DNA of 37,743 nucleotides. Source: Chlamydia trachomatis. GTDB taxonomy: Bacteria; Chlamydiota; Chlamydiia; Chlamydiales; Rhabdochlamydiaceae. Under the pieces are notes generated by a model. That model saw only the letters and a program-made list of their open reading frames with translations, was not told the DNA's origin and ran no database searches. The position numbers were made by a program, and so were the translations under genes. Location: contig CAMAVL010000001.1 of the NCBI GenBank assembly GCA_945861735.1, forward strand, positions 1-37,743. Direction: 5' to 3'. Below, in pieces: positions 1-6,780 of the stretch. Position 1 is the stretch's first letter. Each line of letters begins with the position of its first letter.

Positions 1-136
1 GCGGAAAAACGTTCTATCATCGAAGCACAACGAAAGCAGAAAAGGAGCAACCGGAAATATATAAGGCTTTAGGCTTGCAATCCCAGATTCTTAGAGCAAC
101 CAAAACAATTCTGTAAATTCAAGATGTAGTGACGAA

Positions 137-186
137 TAGCCTAACTTCTAAGCTGTTCTCATAGAGAGAGTCGTTGAAGTTGGGTT
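137..186. repeat. 50-bp repeat unit, copy A (reverse complement of 37590..37639, one mismatch)
   Basis: tagcctaacttctaagctgttctcatagagagagTcgttgaagttgggtt is the reverse complement of 37590..37639 except at position 171. The unit can fold: cccaacttc pairs with gaagttagg, and tctc/gaga form an inner stem. Confidence 0.85.
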
Positions 187-246
187 AACCCACTTAACCC
201 ATTTTTATATAGAGGGAAACGCCTTCTGTTGATATGATATTTGGCT

Positions 247-1698
247 ATGTATAGAGCGGCTTACAGTCAAAATGGCAATATTGTTTTTTACCTGGACTCT
301 GCAGGCAATAAATACGCCGCGATCGGTGGCAGTTTGGCCTGGCGTTTGAACAACCCTGGCTTGGTTCATAACGCTAGTCGATTTTTCTCTAGGCAAGGCT
401 CTATAGGCCATTTTGGTCATTATGCAATTTTTGCTACCCCAGAAAATGGACGTGAAGCGCTATCTAATTGGCTGCACATTAAAAAATATTTTAAAGGATC
501 GCTAAAAACTATCGCCAAACATTACCAGCCGGACAATTCGGATAGTTTTGCCAATCGATTATCTGGTTTAACCGGCATTCCTATTCGCACAAAAGTCAAG
601 GCGTTGAGCAACCAAGAGTTTAGTCGATTGCTTTTTGGCATCGAAAAACTATGCGATTATGCCCTCAAAGGTAATGAAGAATTTTACTTCATGCCTAAAA
701 TATTTGGGAAAATCGAAAATGGCGGATGTGAAGATACCTATTTGATCGGAGGCAACCTCGTTCTTTCAAAAGAAGAAGCCGTTACATGGGTTCAACAAAA
801 CCGTCTGGACGCTATCATTGTTCACGCGCATAACGGCAATATCCACCTTCGTTCACGACCCGATAATTGGATTCAGCATATCCGGTTCCCGTTTGTTACT
901 GTCCCCGAACCTCAAGATATTGCCTCTTTTATGAGAATCGTCGGCACTGCAAAACTAGGACAATGCATCTGGGCGTTTATTAATGGCATCGATAATACCA
1001 AAGAAGATGCTTTGAAAGCCGCGAATAATATTTCCTCTATGGCTGGAGGAGAACGCGTCTTATTGATGCAAAATGATACGAAAGGATTTAAAGGTTCTGT
1101 GGATTTTGGCGATTGCATATTGCTAAAAGCTTCCATCGAGCTTCCAGTTATCGATCGGGCCATCAAATTTTTGCATTATCTGCTGACATTAGAAAAAGAA
1201 GAGGGTTCGCCAATCGTTCTGTTTGCACACAGCCAAGGAGGAATTATCCTTGAACATGCCATTGAATTTCTTGAGCCTAATGAAAGATCTCATTTGCGCA
1301 TTTTTACCTTTGGCGGAGGGTCCTTTATCGCTTTAGGCAAGAGCCACTCTGATTCCCACAATTATGCAAGTGTCGCTGACTATGTATGTCTTATGGGATC
1401 ACCTAATCTACAGATGCTTGCTCTCCAACGCTATCATGCTCACAAAGAAGGATTAACTGATGCTCAAATGATCCATGACTGGGCTTTCCGAGATGCAATT
1501 TTGGAACTGGACTCAATTGATTCTGACGTGATAAAAAAGTTTGAGGAAGGAAGAGTTAAGTATTATCAAGACATGTTTGCCAGAATCAAAAACTTAACTA
1601 TATTGGATCCTGATCCAGAAACTCGTTGGAAACACGAATTTGCCAGCGACTGCTATCAAAGAACTGTTCGGCAAATCGTTCAAAAATATCACAAATAA
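247..1698 (+). CDS. Hypothetical protein with an N-terminal WRLNNPG-motif domain and a C-terminal alpha/beta-hydrolase (lipase-like) domain
   Basis: Long ORF; the track starts at TTG 241 and the first ATG is at 247. The nucleophile-elbow-like motif VLFAHSQGGII is followed by candidate Asp and His residues. The N-terminus carries AWRLNNPG...FATPENGREAL..WL. Confidence 0.7.
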   Translation: MYRAAYSQNGNIVFYLDSAGNKYAAIGGSLAWRLNNPGLVHNASRFFSRQGSIGHFGHYAIFATPENGREALSNWLHIKKYFKGSLKTIAKHYQPDNSDSFANRLSGLTGIPIRTKVKALSNQEFSRLLFGIEKLCDYALKGNEEFYFMPKIFGKIENGGCEDTYLIGGNLVLSKEEAVTWVQQNRLDAIIVHAHNGNIHLRSRPDNWIQHIRFPFVTVPEPQDIASFMRIVGTAKLGQCIWAFINGIDNTKEDALKAANNISSMAGGERVLLMQNDTKGFKGSVDFGDCILLKASIELPVIDRAIKFLHYLLTLEKEEGSPIVLFAHSQGGIILEHAIEFLEPNERSHLRIFTFGGGSFIALGKSHSDSHNYASVADYVCLMGSPNLQMLALQRYHAHKEGLTDAQMIHDWAFRDAILELDSIDSDVIKKFEEGRVKYYQDMFARIKNLTILDPDPETRWKHEFASDCYQRTVRQIVQKYHK

Positions 1699-1699
1699 T

Positions 1700-2050
1700 A
1701 TGTCAAATCCCCTACAAAAGACAAACGTTCTAAAACCTAAAACACTCAAATGGGGGTTAGGTATCTGTACCACCATTTACGTGGTTGCATTTCCTGTCTT
1801 ACTAGGCATGGCTTTCGTTTGTTCCATGCTTGCTCTCGAGCGCCCCACAGAAACACCCTTTACAATAGGCGTTATTGTACTTGCTATGTCCAGCCTTCCC
1901 TTGTCTGCCCCTGTGAGTATCTATCTTATGTGGTCGAGGTATTTTCGCAATCAACCAAATAAAGCGCTTATTTTTGCTGGCTTACCCTTCTACGCGTTTG
2001 CAGCCATGTTTCTCATCTGTGGCATACTAGACGCATTTACTCGTCGATGA
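1700..2050 (+). CDS. Small integral membrane protein (3-4 predicted TM helices)
   Basis: ATG at 1700 lies one base after the stop of the upstream gene (TAA 1696-1698). Hydrophobic stretches include GLGICTTIYVVAFPVLLGMAFVCSMLAL, FTIGVIVLAMSSLPLSAPVSIYLMW and LIFAGLPFYAFAAMFLICGILDAF. The 1640 start in the ORF track would overlap the upstream CDS. Confidence 0.6.
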   Translation: MSNPLQKTNVLKPKTLKWGLGICTTIYVVAFPVLLGMAFVCSMLALERPTETPFTIGVIVLAMSSLPLSAPVSIYLMWSRYFRNQPNKALIFAGLPFYAFAAMFLICGILDAFTRR

Positions 2051-2072
2051 GAAATCTTTTTCAGGTTTTCAC

Positions 2073-2746
2073 CTACGATAAAATCCGTAAGCATTCAATG
2101 AATGACGATTTAGAAGAATGTCTTTCTCTTAAATTTTTAAGCCTTAAAGAGAAGTCAGATGATCCTCCATGAGAGGCCAAGTCGCGTAAATCGATCAGAA
2201 GTTCGACTGCTTTGTCGTAACTTTGTGCTTTCTTTTCAGCGGCAAGAGATTCTATCTGATCCCACAACAGAGATTCTCTGCCTACAATTTCATTCAGTCG
2301 TTTTTTTCGGGCGAGTTTATTTAATCGCTGTTGCTCTGCTTTTTCTGCAGCTATCCTTTCTGCTTCTTTACGACGCCTAGATAACGTGATAGATTCAGCT
2401 TCTTTTAACAATTCCACCACGGGGCGCTTGCGTTTTGCAGTTTGACATCCTCCCCTTCCTAAAGGAAGGGGAGGATGTCAACAAGTCCTGGAGGTATTGG
2501 TGGTTCAAGAGCTTCTTCGTCGCAGTCATCGCTTTGAAGACCAGCGAGCCATCCTAAATATAAACATCGCAAATCTCCACGGCTTAAGTCTGATCTCAGT
2601 CTTAAGAATTGGGAGAGTCGCAGATCTTCTTCCCAATCATCGCCACCCTCATTCTCAGATAAGAAATCTAAAATGATTTTATCGTTGCAAAGGCGAGCAG
2701 AAAAATTGTCGCCATTGCAGTAGGTTTGAACGGTTTTGAGATCCAA
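2073..2746 (-). pseudogene. Fragmented hypothetical gene (two ORF pieces, 2459..2746 and 2073..2420) broken at a palindrome
   Basis: Two same-strand ORFs in different frames are separated only by the 40-bp palindrome at 2442..2481. The downstream piece has no ATG, only GTG. The upstream piece abuts a transposase stub. Confidence 0.55.
2442..2481. repeat. Perfect palindrome (18-bp arms, 4-nt centre)
   Basis: ttgacatcctccccttcc taaa ggaaggggaggatgtcaa. The arms are exact reverse complements. No T-run follows on either strand, so it is not a classical terminator. Confidence 0.95.
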
Positions 2747-2889
2747 AACTCAAGAAATTGCTCTCGCTCTACTTTCATTGCCGTATTGAAGAGCAGCTCC
2801 AATACTGGCCGCAAACCTTCTGTTCCTTGCCCAATCAATCCTTTAATAATTTGGTCGACTAGGGTATCCTTAATTTGGTCTGAAATCAT
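2746..2889 (-). mobile_element. N-terminal stub (about 48 aa) of an IS256/Mutator-family transposase
   Basis: MISDQIKDTLVDQIIKGLIGQGTEGLRPVLELLFNTAMKVEREQFLEF resembles the conserved N-terminus of IS256-family transposases (..L..LL...L...M..E....L). Similarity ends abruptly near 2746 and the catalytic DDE part is absent. Confidence 0.5.
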
Positions 2890-3018
2890 ACGTCTCCTTT
2901 AGGTTTTTGAAACGAGTTCAAAAGAAGAATGTGATTTCAGACCATTTTTTGCCCAGCGCTTTCTGTCTAAGCCAAATCCAATAGCCTGAATTTACAGAAC
3001 AGATGTTGCACTACCATT

Positions 3019-3672
3019 TTAGATAAAGCAACTCTTTTTCTGAAGCCATTTTTGGGCTCTTTCATTCCAGGCTAAATCATCCCTAACGGCATAATCTTTA
3101 GTGGTAAGCGATGGTGCCGACAAAGTTTGTATGCATTCCATGAATTTCTGCTCAGACTCAATAAGTTTGTTAATGTACTCAGGGTTATGCTCAACTTCAA
3201 CAATTACACCCTCAGTGCCGTCAAAGCTGTAGTAGTAGCCATTAGACAGTCCTGTGACGGCAAGTTGATGTTGTAACTGTGGATAGTACTTTTCTGGTAT
3301 TTTACCTTGCTTGGCCAGCGCATGATCGGCTTCGCCAGCACATTTGATTTCCACTAATATTTTCCCTTCCATGTCGATGCCGTCTAAGCTGGCAATCATC
3401 CATTCATGTTCCATACTTTGGACTACGCGTGGGAAAACAATGAAATTTGTGGTTCTCTCAAATGCTGCGCGTGCCGTTTCCTCTAAAGCATGACCTCGCA
3501 TCATATATTGGTTTTGCGAACCGGTTGATTGTCCCGTTTTTTCAAGCCAAAGCTGAAATGGTGTCTTCCAAGGGGATACCTCCATGATGATTGGTGCGTC
3601 ACTTGCTCCAATTTTTTGCTGACGGAATTGTTCCCATTCTTGGGTATTTTGTGTGAGATTAAGAAATTGCAT
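3019..3672 (-). CDS. YqaJ-like (lambda-Exo/PD-(D/E)XK family) viral recombinase exonuclease
   Basis: The N-terminus QNTQEWEQFRQQKIGASDAPIIMEVSPWKTPFQLWLEKTGQ is the typical YqaJ signature. A later E..K-type nuclease motif (LVEIKC) is present. The ORF overlaps the recT stop by 14 nt. Confidence 0.85.
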   Translation of the reverse strand: MQFLNLTQNTQEWEQFRQQKIGASDAPIIMEVSPWKTPFQLWLEKTGQSTGSQNQYMMRGHALEETARAAFERTTNFIVFPRVVQSMEHEWMIASLDGIDMEGKILVEIKCAGEADHALAKQGKIPEKYYPQLQHQLAVTGLSNGYYYSFDGTEGVIVEVEHNPEYINKLIESEQKFMECIQTLSAPSLTTKDYAVRDDLAWNERAQKWLQKKSCFI

Positions 3673-4372
3673 TTTTTACTCTTTGTGATTGTGCGATTTT
3701 TAATATGCGGCTGCGTTCGTTGACTGGTAGGTCTTCGAGTGTAGCGACGTTAAAGAACTGTAATAGTTTTTGGCGCAAGGAGTGATTTGACTGAAGATGA
3801 TCTTGCAGCTCATTCCACTGATTATCGATCGGTGACTCTTTTTCGTGGTTGGGTTCACTCAATTCGTTTCCTAATTCTCCCTCGACATAGCACCCCTGAA
3901 TCACATCAGGAAACAACATGCGGGCTAGATTAGAAAGTGCGCGGGCAAAAAGCATGTTTCTTGGATACTTTGTCCACCCCGTTCCTTCACGGTAAATTCC
4001 GGCTCTTTTGGCATCATCAATTGAAAAGACTTCTGTCCAGGTGTCACTCGTATCCGCCCTTTTTCCATGGAGAATACAGACAGTGTCATTGGACTGCTCA
4101 TCTTTGCTAATCGAATGGCCCGCTTGCCGAATCAGTTGATTCATCATAAATGCGGACATCTCAACTTTCCCTTGGACATAGTACATGCCGCCATTCAAGG
4201 CATCTAAAGGGTTGACGTTTGTTGCTTTCGCCTTTTGTATGATGGCGAAAATACCTTCAGGGCCTAAGCGTTGGTAGTGCTTTGTTTTAAGAAGGGAATC
4301 GACGAGTACCCGAGTCTCCTGGATGTCGTCGATCATCATTTTTATTGGGGGTCTACAGGCTAATTGTGTCAT
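3659..4372 (-). CDS. recT: RecT-family single-strand annealing protein
   Basis: RecT-like core: GMYYVQGKVEMSAFMMNQLIRQAGH ... WTKYPRNMLFARALSNLARMLFPDV. The start is set at ATG 4372 because GGAGG lies 5 nt upstream; the 4489 start in the track has no SD. Confidence 0.85.
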   Translation of the reverse strand: MTQLACRPPIKMMIDDIQETRVLVDSLLKTKHYQRLGPEGIFAIIQKAKATNVNPLDALNGGMYYVQGKVEMSAFMMNQLIRQAGHSISKDEQSNDTVCILHGKRADTSDTWTEVFSIDDAKRAGIYREGTGWTKYPRNMLFARALSNLARMLFPDVIQGCYVEGELGNELSEPNHEKESPIDNQWNELQDHLQSNHSLRQKLLQFFNVATLEDLPVNERSRILKIAQSQRVKNAIS

Positions 4373-4404
4373 AATTCCTCCATTATGATTTAATTGATAC
4401 GTAA

Positions 4405-4433
4405 AATGTACCACTCTATCCATTTTCGAGCAA
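4405..4433 (-). promoter_or_regulatory. Candidate sigma70-type promoter for recT/yqaJ
   Basis: On the minus strand: TTGCTC, 17 nt, TACATT, about 30 nt upstream of the recT SD. Confidence 0.4.
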
Positions 4434-4462
4434 TGGAAAAGTACCGCATGGTACGAAAAACA

Positions 4463-4490
4463 TTGCATTTTATAAAAAAAATAGTACAAT
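4463..4490 (+). promoter_or_regulatory. Candidate sigma70-type promoter for the XRE-HTH gene (near-leaderless transcript)
   Basis: TTGCAT (4463-4468), 16 nt, TACAAT (4485-4490). The ATG at 4506 is only about 9 nt from the predicted start and has no SD. The inverted repeat GTACCgcatGGTAC (4441-4454) lies between the two divergent promoters. Confidence 0.45.
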
Positions 4491-4505
4491 CGATCTTAAA
4501 AAAGC

Positions 4506-4721
4506 ATGGAGTTGCCCTCTATGGATTTGGATGAGTATCTATTCCGTAAAAGAATTTCTCAAACAGACTTTGCCAAAGATTTAGGGATTTCGCGTACCCA
4601 CTTAGGGGAAATTTTACGAGGCAGGCGATCGCCAAGTGTCAAACTCGCCAAGCAGATCGAGGAACTCACCAAAGGCGAGGTAACTAAAGAAGCGGCCATG
4701 TTCCCAAAGGGTAGGGAATAA
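4506..4721 (+). CDS. XRE/Cro-CI family helix-turn-helix transcriptional regulator
   Basis: RISQTDFAKDLGISRTHLGEILRGRRSPSVKLAKQIEELT is a canonical HTH_3-type motif. The protein is 71 aa and its gene is divergent from recT. Confidence 0.85.
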   Translation: MELPSMDLDEYLFRKRISQTDFAKDLGISRTHLGEILRGRRSPSVKLAKQIEELTKGEVTKEAAMFPKGRE

Positions 4722-4723
4722 CT

Positions 4724-6169
4724 ATGCTATTGGAAGAACTACAAAAACTGGTTGCAGCTGGTGAATCAGAAAATCTGGAGTTTAAAAAGACAACCGGACA
4801 ACGAACGGAAGCCGCTAAAACTATTTGCGCATTGCTTAATGGTCTGGGAGGATTTCTTCTTTTTGGCGTATCTGATAAGGGGGAAATCGTCGGTCAACAA
4901 GTGACAGCCAAAACTCTAGAGGATATCTCTCTTGAATTGCGCAGGATTGAACCCCCAGCATTTCCGGAGATTGAAACAGTTTCTATAGGGGATGACAAAG
5001 CTGTAATTGTTATTCGCGTCTCTGGAAAGATGGGCACCTATTGTTATGATGGACGCCCTTATCTTCGGCACGGCCCCACGACGCAGATTATGCCCCGCAG
5101 TGAGTATGAAAAGCGCGTTTTAGTGAAGTTTCATGCTCACCGGCGATGGGAAAATGAGCTTGCTCCGGATTGGGTAACGATACAGGATTTAGATGAAGAT
5201 GAAATTCAAGCAACCCTCCAGAATGCTGTCGCATTAGGTCGGATGAAAAAGCCCACCCATACCGATGCCGAATCTATTCTGCGAGGATTAGGTCTTTTTG
5301 ATGATGGGCGTCTTATCAATGCCGCCGTTGCTTTGTATGGAAAAAGCGAAAGACTGTTTGCAAGCTATCCTCAGCTAACTATCAGGTTGGCTAGATTTCG
5401 AGGAACTGATCGATTAGGCGGTTTTATGGACAACCGCAATTACTGGGGAAATGGTTTTGATCTCTCGAGGCGCGGCGAATCGTTTCTATTGGATCATGTC
5501 CCTATCTCTGGGCGTGTTGTATCAGGAAAAAGGATTCGGGAAGATTATCCTCTATATCCGCCTCTTGCTACACGGGAAGCTTTGGCAAATGCCATTTGCC
5601 ATAGGGATTATACAACTCCCGGTGGCGCAGTTGCAATTGCTATGTATGATGACCATTTGGAGATCATCAACCCAGGAATTTTGCATTTCGATATGACTCC
5701 GGAAAAGCTAGCAAAACCACATGAATCGAAGCCATGGAATCCTATCATTGCTAGCGTCTTTTACCGCGCTGGGGTGATTGAAAAGTGGGGTATGGGAACT
5801 CTTAATATCATCGATTGGTGTAAAGAAAATGGAAATCCCAAGCCAACCTGGGAAGTTCGTGCAGAATCCGTTGTTACTACGTTCTTGCCATCAGGCTTCT
5901 TTGCTACAGGGGAAATGCCCGAAGAAAGGCCCAAGTTGAGGCCTAAGATAAGGCCCAAGTTGAGGCCCAAGTCGATAGAAGAAGAAGTGGTCAATTTACT
6001 ACGTAAGGGACCTCTATCTAAAGCTGAAATTGCTGAGCTGTTGGGACATCAACATATCTCAGGTGGATTAAAAAAAGTTTTTCAGAGTTTGATCGATCAG
6101 GGTGTGATCGCCTATACGATACCTGATAAACCAAGAAGCAAGGTTCAAAAATATAAGTTAAATGAATGA
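4724..6169 (+). CDS. COG2865-type protein: AlbA_2 (Schlafen-like) N-domain, HATPase_c_4 domain and C-terminal winged HTH
   Basis: ESENLEFKKTTG..AKTICALLNGLGGFLLFGVSDKGEIVG is the AlbA_2 signature. REALANAICHRDYTTPGGAVAIAMYDDHLEIINPG is the HATPase_c_4 signature. The C-terminus VVNLLRKGPLSKAEIAELLG...LIDQGVI looks like a wHTH. The gene starts 2 nt after the HTH gene stop. Confidence 0.85.
   Translation: MLLEELQKLVAAGESENLEFKKTTGQRTEAAKTICALLNGLGGFLLFGVSDKGEIVGQQVTAKTLEDISLELRRIEPPAFPEIETVSIGDDKAVIVIRVSGKMGTYCYDGRPYLRHGPTTQIMPRSEYEKRVLVKFHAHRRWENELAPDWVTIQDLDEDEIQATLQNAVALGRMKKPTHTDAESILRGLGLFDDGRLINAAVALYGKSERLFASYPQLTIRLARFRGTDRLGGFMDNRNYWGNGFDLSRRGESFLLDHVPISGRVVSGKRIREDYPLYPPLATREALANAICHRDYTTPGGAVAIAMYDDHLEIINPGILHFDMTPEKLAKPHESKPWNPIIASVFYRAGVIEKWGMGTLNIIDWCKENGNPKPTWEVRAESVVTTFLPSGFFATGEMPEERPKLRPKIRPKLRPKSIEEEVVNLLRKGPLSKAEIAELLGHQHISGGLKKVFQSLIDQGVIAYTIPDKPRSKVQKYKLNE
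5927..5974 (+). repeat. 4 x 12-bp in-frame tandem repeat encoding RPKL-RPKI-RPKL-RPKS
   Basis: aggcccaagttg aggcctaagata aggcccaagttg aggcccaagtcg. It lies in the linker between the HATPase_c_4 and wHTH domains. Confidence 0.95.
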
Positions 6170-6720
6170 GTGAAAAGTACACTATTTCTTTTAAACGGCT
6201 AAAGAGAAGTCATCTTCCAATACTTTTAGAGTGGCTTAATGCCTCACATGTACAGGAGTTTTGGGATACCGGAACCGTTTGGACAGAGCAATTGGTGCAA
6301 GCAAAGTATGGGTCATACGTTGAAGGCTATAAGCTTGTTGATGGTAAAAAATTACCCCTGCAGGCGTTTATTATTTACTGTGGAGCGGGCCCTATAGGTT
6401 ACATTCAATTCTATGATGCTTTTCTTTTTCCAAGAGACAGCTATAGTCTTCAGGAAACTCTAAAGGATACTCCTTTTGAAACATCCCGACTCGCAGCGAT
6501 AGATATTTTTATTGGAGATAAAAGAGCCGTGGGGCAAGGAATGGGCCCTCTTGCAATGAAGCAATTTCTCACGGAGTATGTGTGGAAAAGCTTTGAGGGG
6601 TGTCTGGTTGATCCGGAAAAAACTAATGAAAGGGCGATTCGGGCTTACGAGAAATCTGGTTTCTCCAAAATTAAAGACACGCCAGATCATAAAGCAAACA
6701 TTATGATCGCCTCTTTATAG
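6166..6720 (+). CDS. GNAT N-acetyltransferase, AAC(6')-Ib-like family
   Basis: Motifs run collinear with AAC(6')-Ib-type enzymes: HLPILLEWLNASHVQEFW, GPIGYIQFY, AIDIFIGDKRAVGQGMG and DPEKTNERAIRAYEKSGF. The ATGA start/stop overlap with the upstream gene suggests translational coupling. Confidence 0.8.
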   Translation: MSEKYTISFKRLKRSHLPILLEWLNASHVQEFWDTGTVWTEQLVQAKYGSYVEGYKLVDGKKLPLQAFIIYCGAGPIGYIQFYDAFLFPRDSYSLQETLKDTPFETSRLAAIDIFIGDKRAVGQGMGPLAMKQFLTEYVWKSFEGCLVDPEKTNERAIRAYEKSGFSKIKDTPDHKANIMIASL

Positions 6721-6744
6721 CGGAATGATCCGCCAAATCTTAGG

Positions 6745-6780
6745 AAGCCCAAGTTGAGGCCTAAGATAAGGCCCAAGTCA
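6745..6780 (+). repeat. Second copy (3 units) of the 12-bp RPK repeat, in the gap between convergent genes
   Basis: aagcccaagttg aggcctaagata aggcccaagtca. Positions 6747..6778 are identical to 5929..5960 (32 bp). Confidence 0.95.

Noticed and set aside
1-72. Open frame running off the 5' edge (AEKRSIIEAQRKQKRSNRKYIRL-stop)
   Set aside because: Only 23 codons are visible, so neither coding status nor function can be supported.
109-121. 13-bp match of ttctgtaaattca (109-121) to the reverse complement of 2987-2999, next to the IS stub; considered as a shared IS terminal inverted repeat
   Set aside because: A 13-14 bp match in AT-rich DNA is expected by chance a few times in a window of this size. 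The flanking bases do not align.
205-420. 71-aa minus-strand ORF overlapping the start of the lipase-like gene
   Set aside because: It is antisense to a much longer, motif-bearing ORF and has no SD or motif. It is a shadow ORF.
1640-1699. Upstream start (1640) for the small membrane protein
   Set aside because: It would overlap the preceding CDS by 59 nt. The ATG at 1700 lies one base after that gene's stop and is the more economical start.
2936-2962. Similarity of agcgctgggcaaaaaatggtctgaaatcac (reverse complement of 2933-2962) to the tRNA 3' half (tggggcaaaatggacttgaacc), considered as the missing att repeat
   Set aside because: The alignment needs several gaps. It is in inverted rather than direct orientation relative to the tRNA. 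It lies inside the upstream region of the IS256-like stub. It is most likely coincidental.
5761-5994. Minus-strand ORFs with LGLNLGLILGLNLGL repeats (5761..5994 and 6687..6872)
   Set aside because: They are the antisense translation of the RPK 12-bp repeats and overlap well-supported genes on the + strand.
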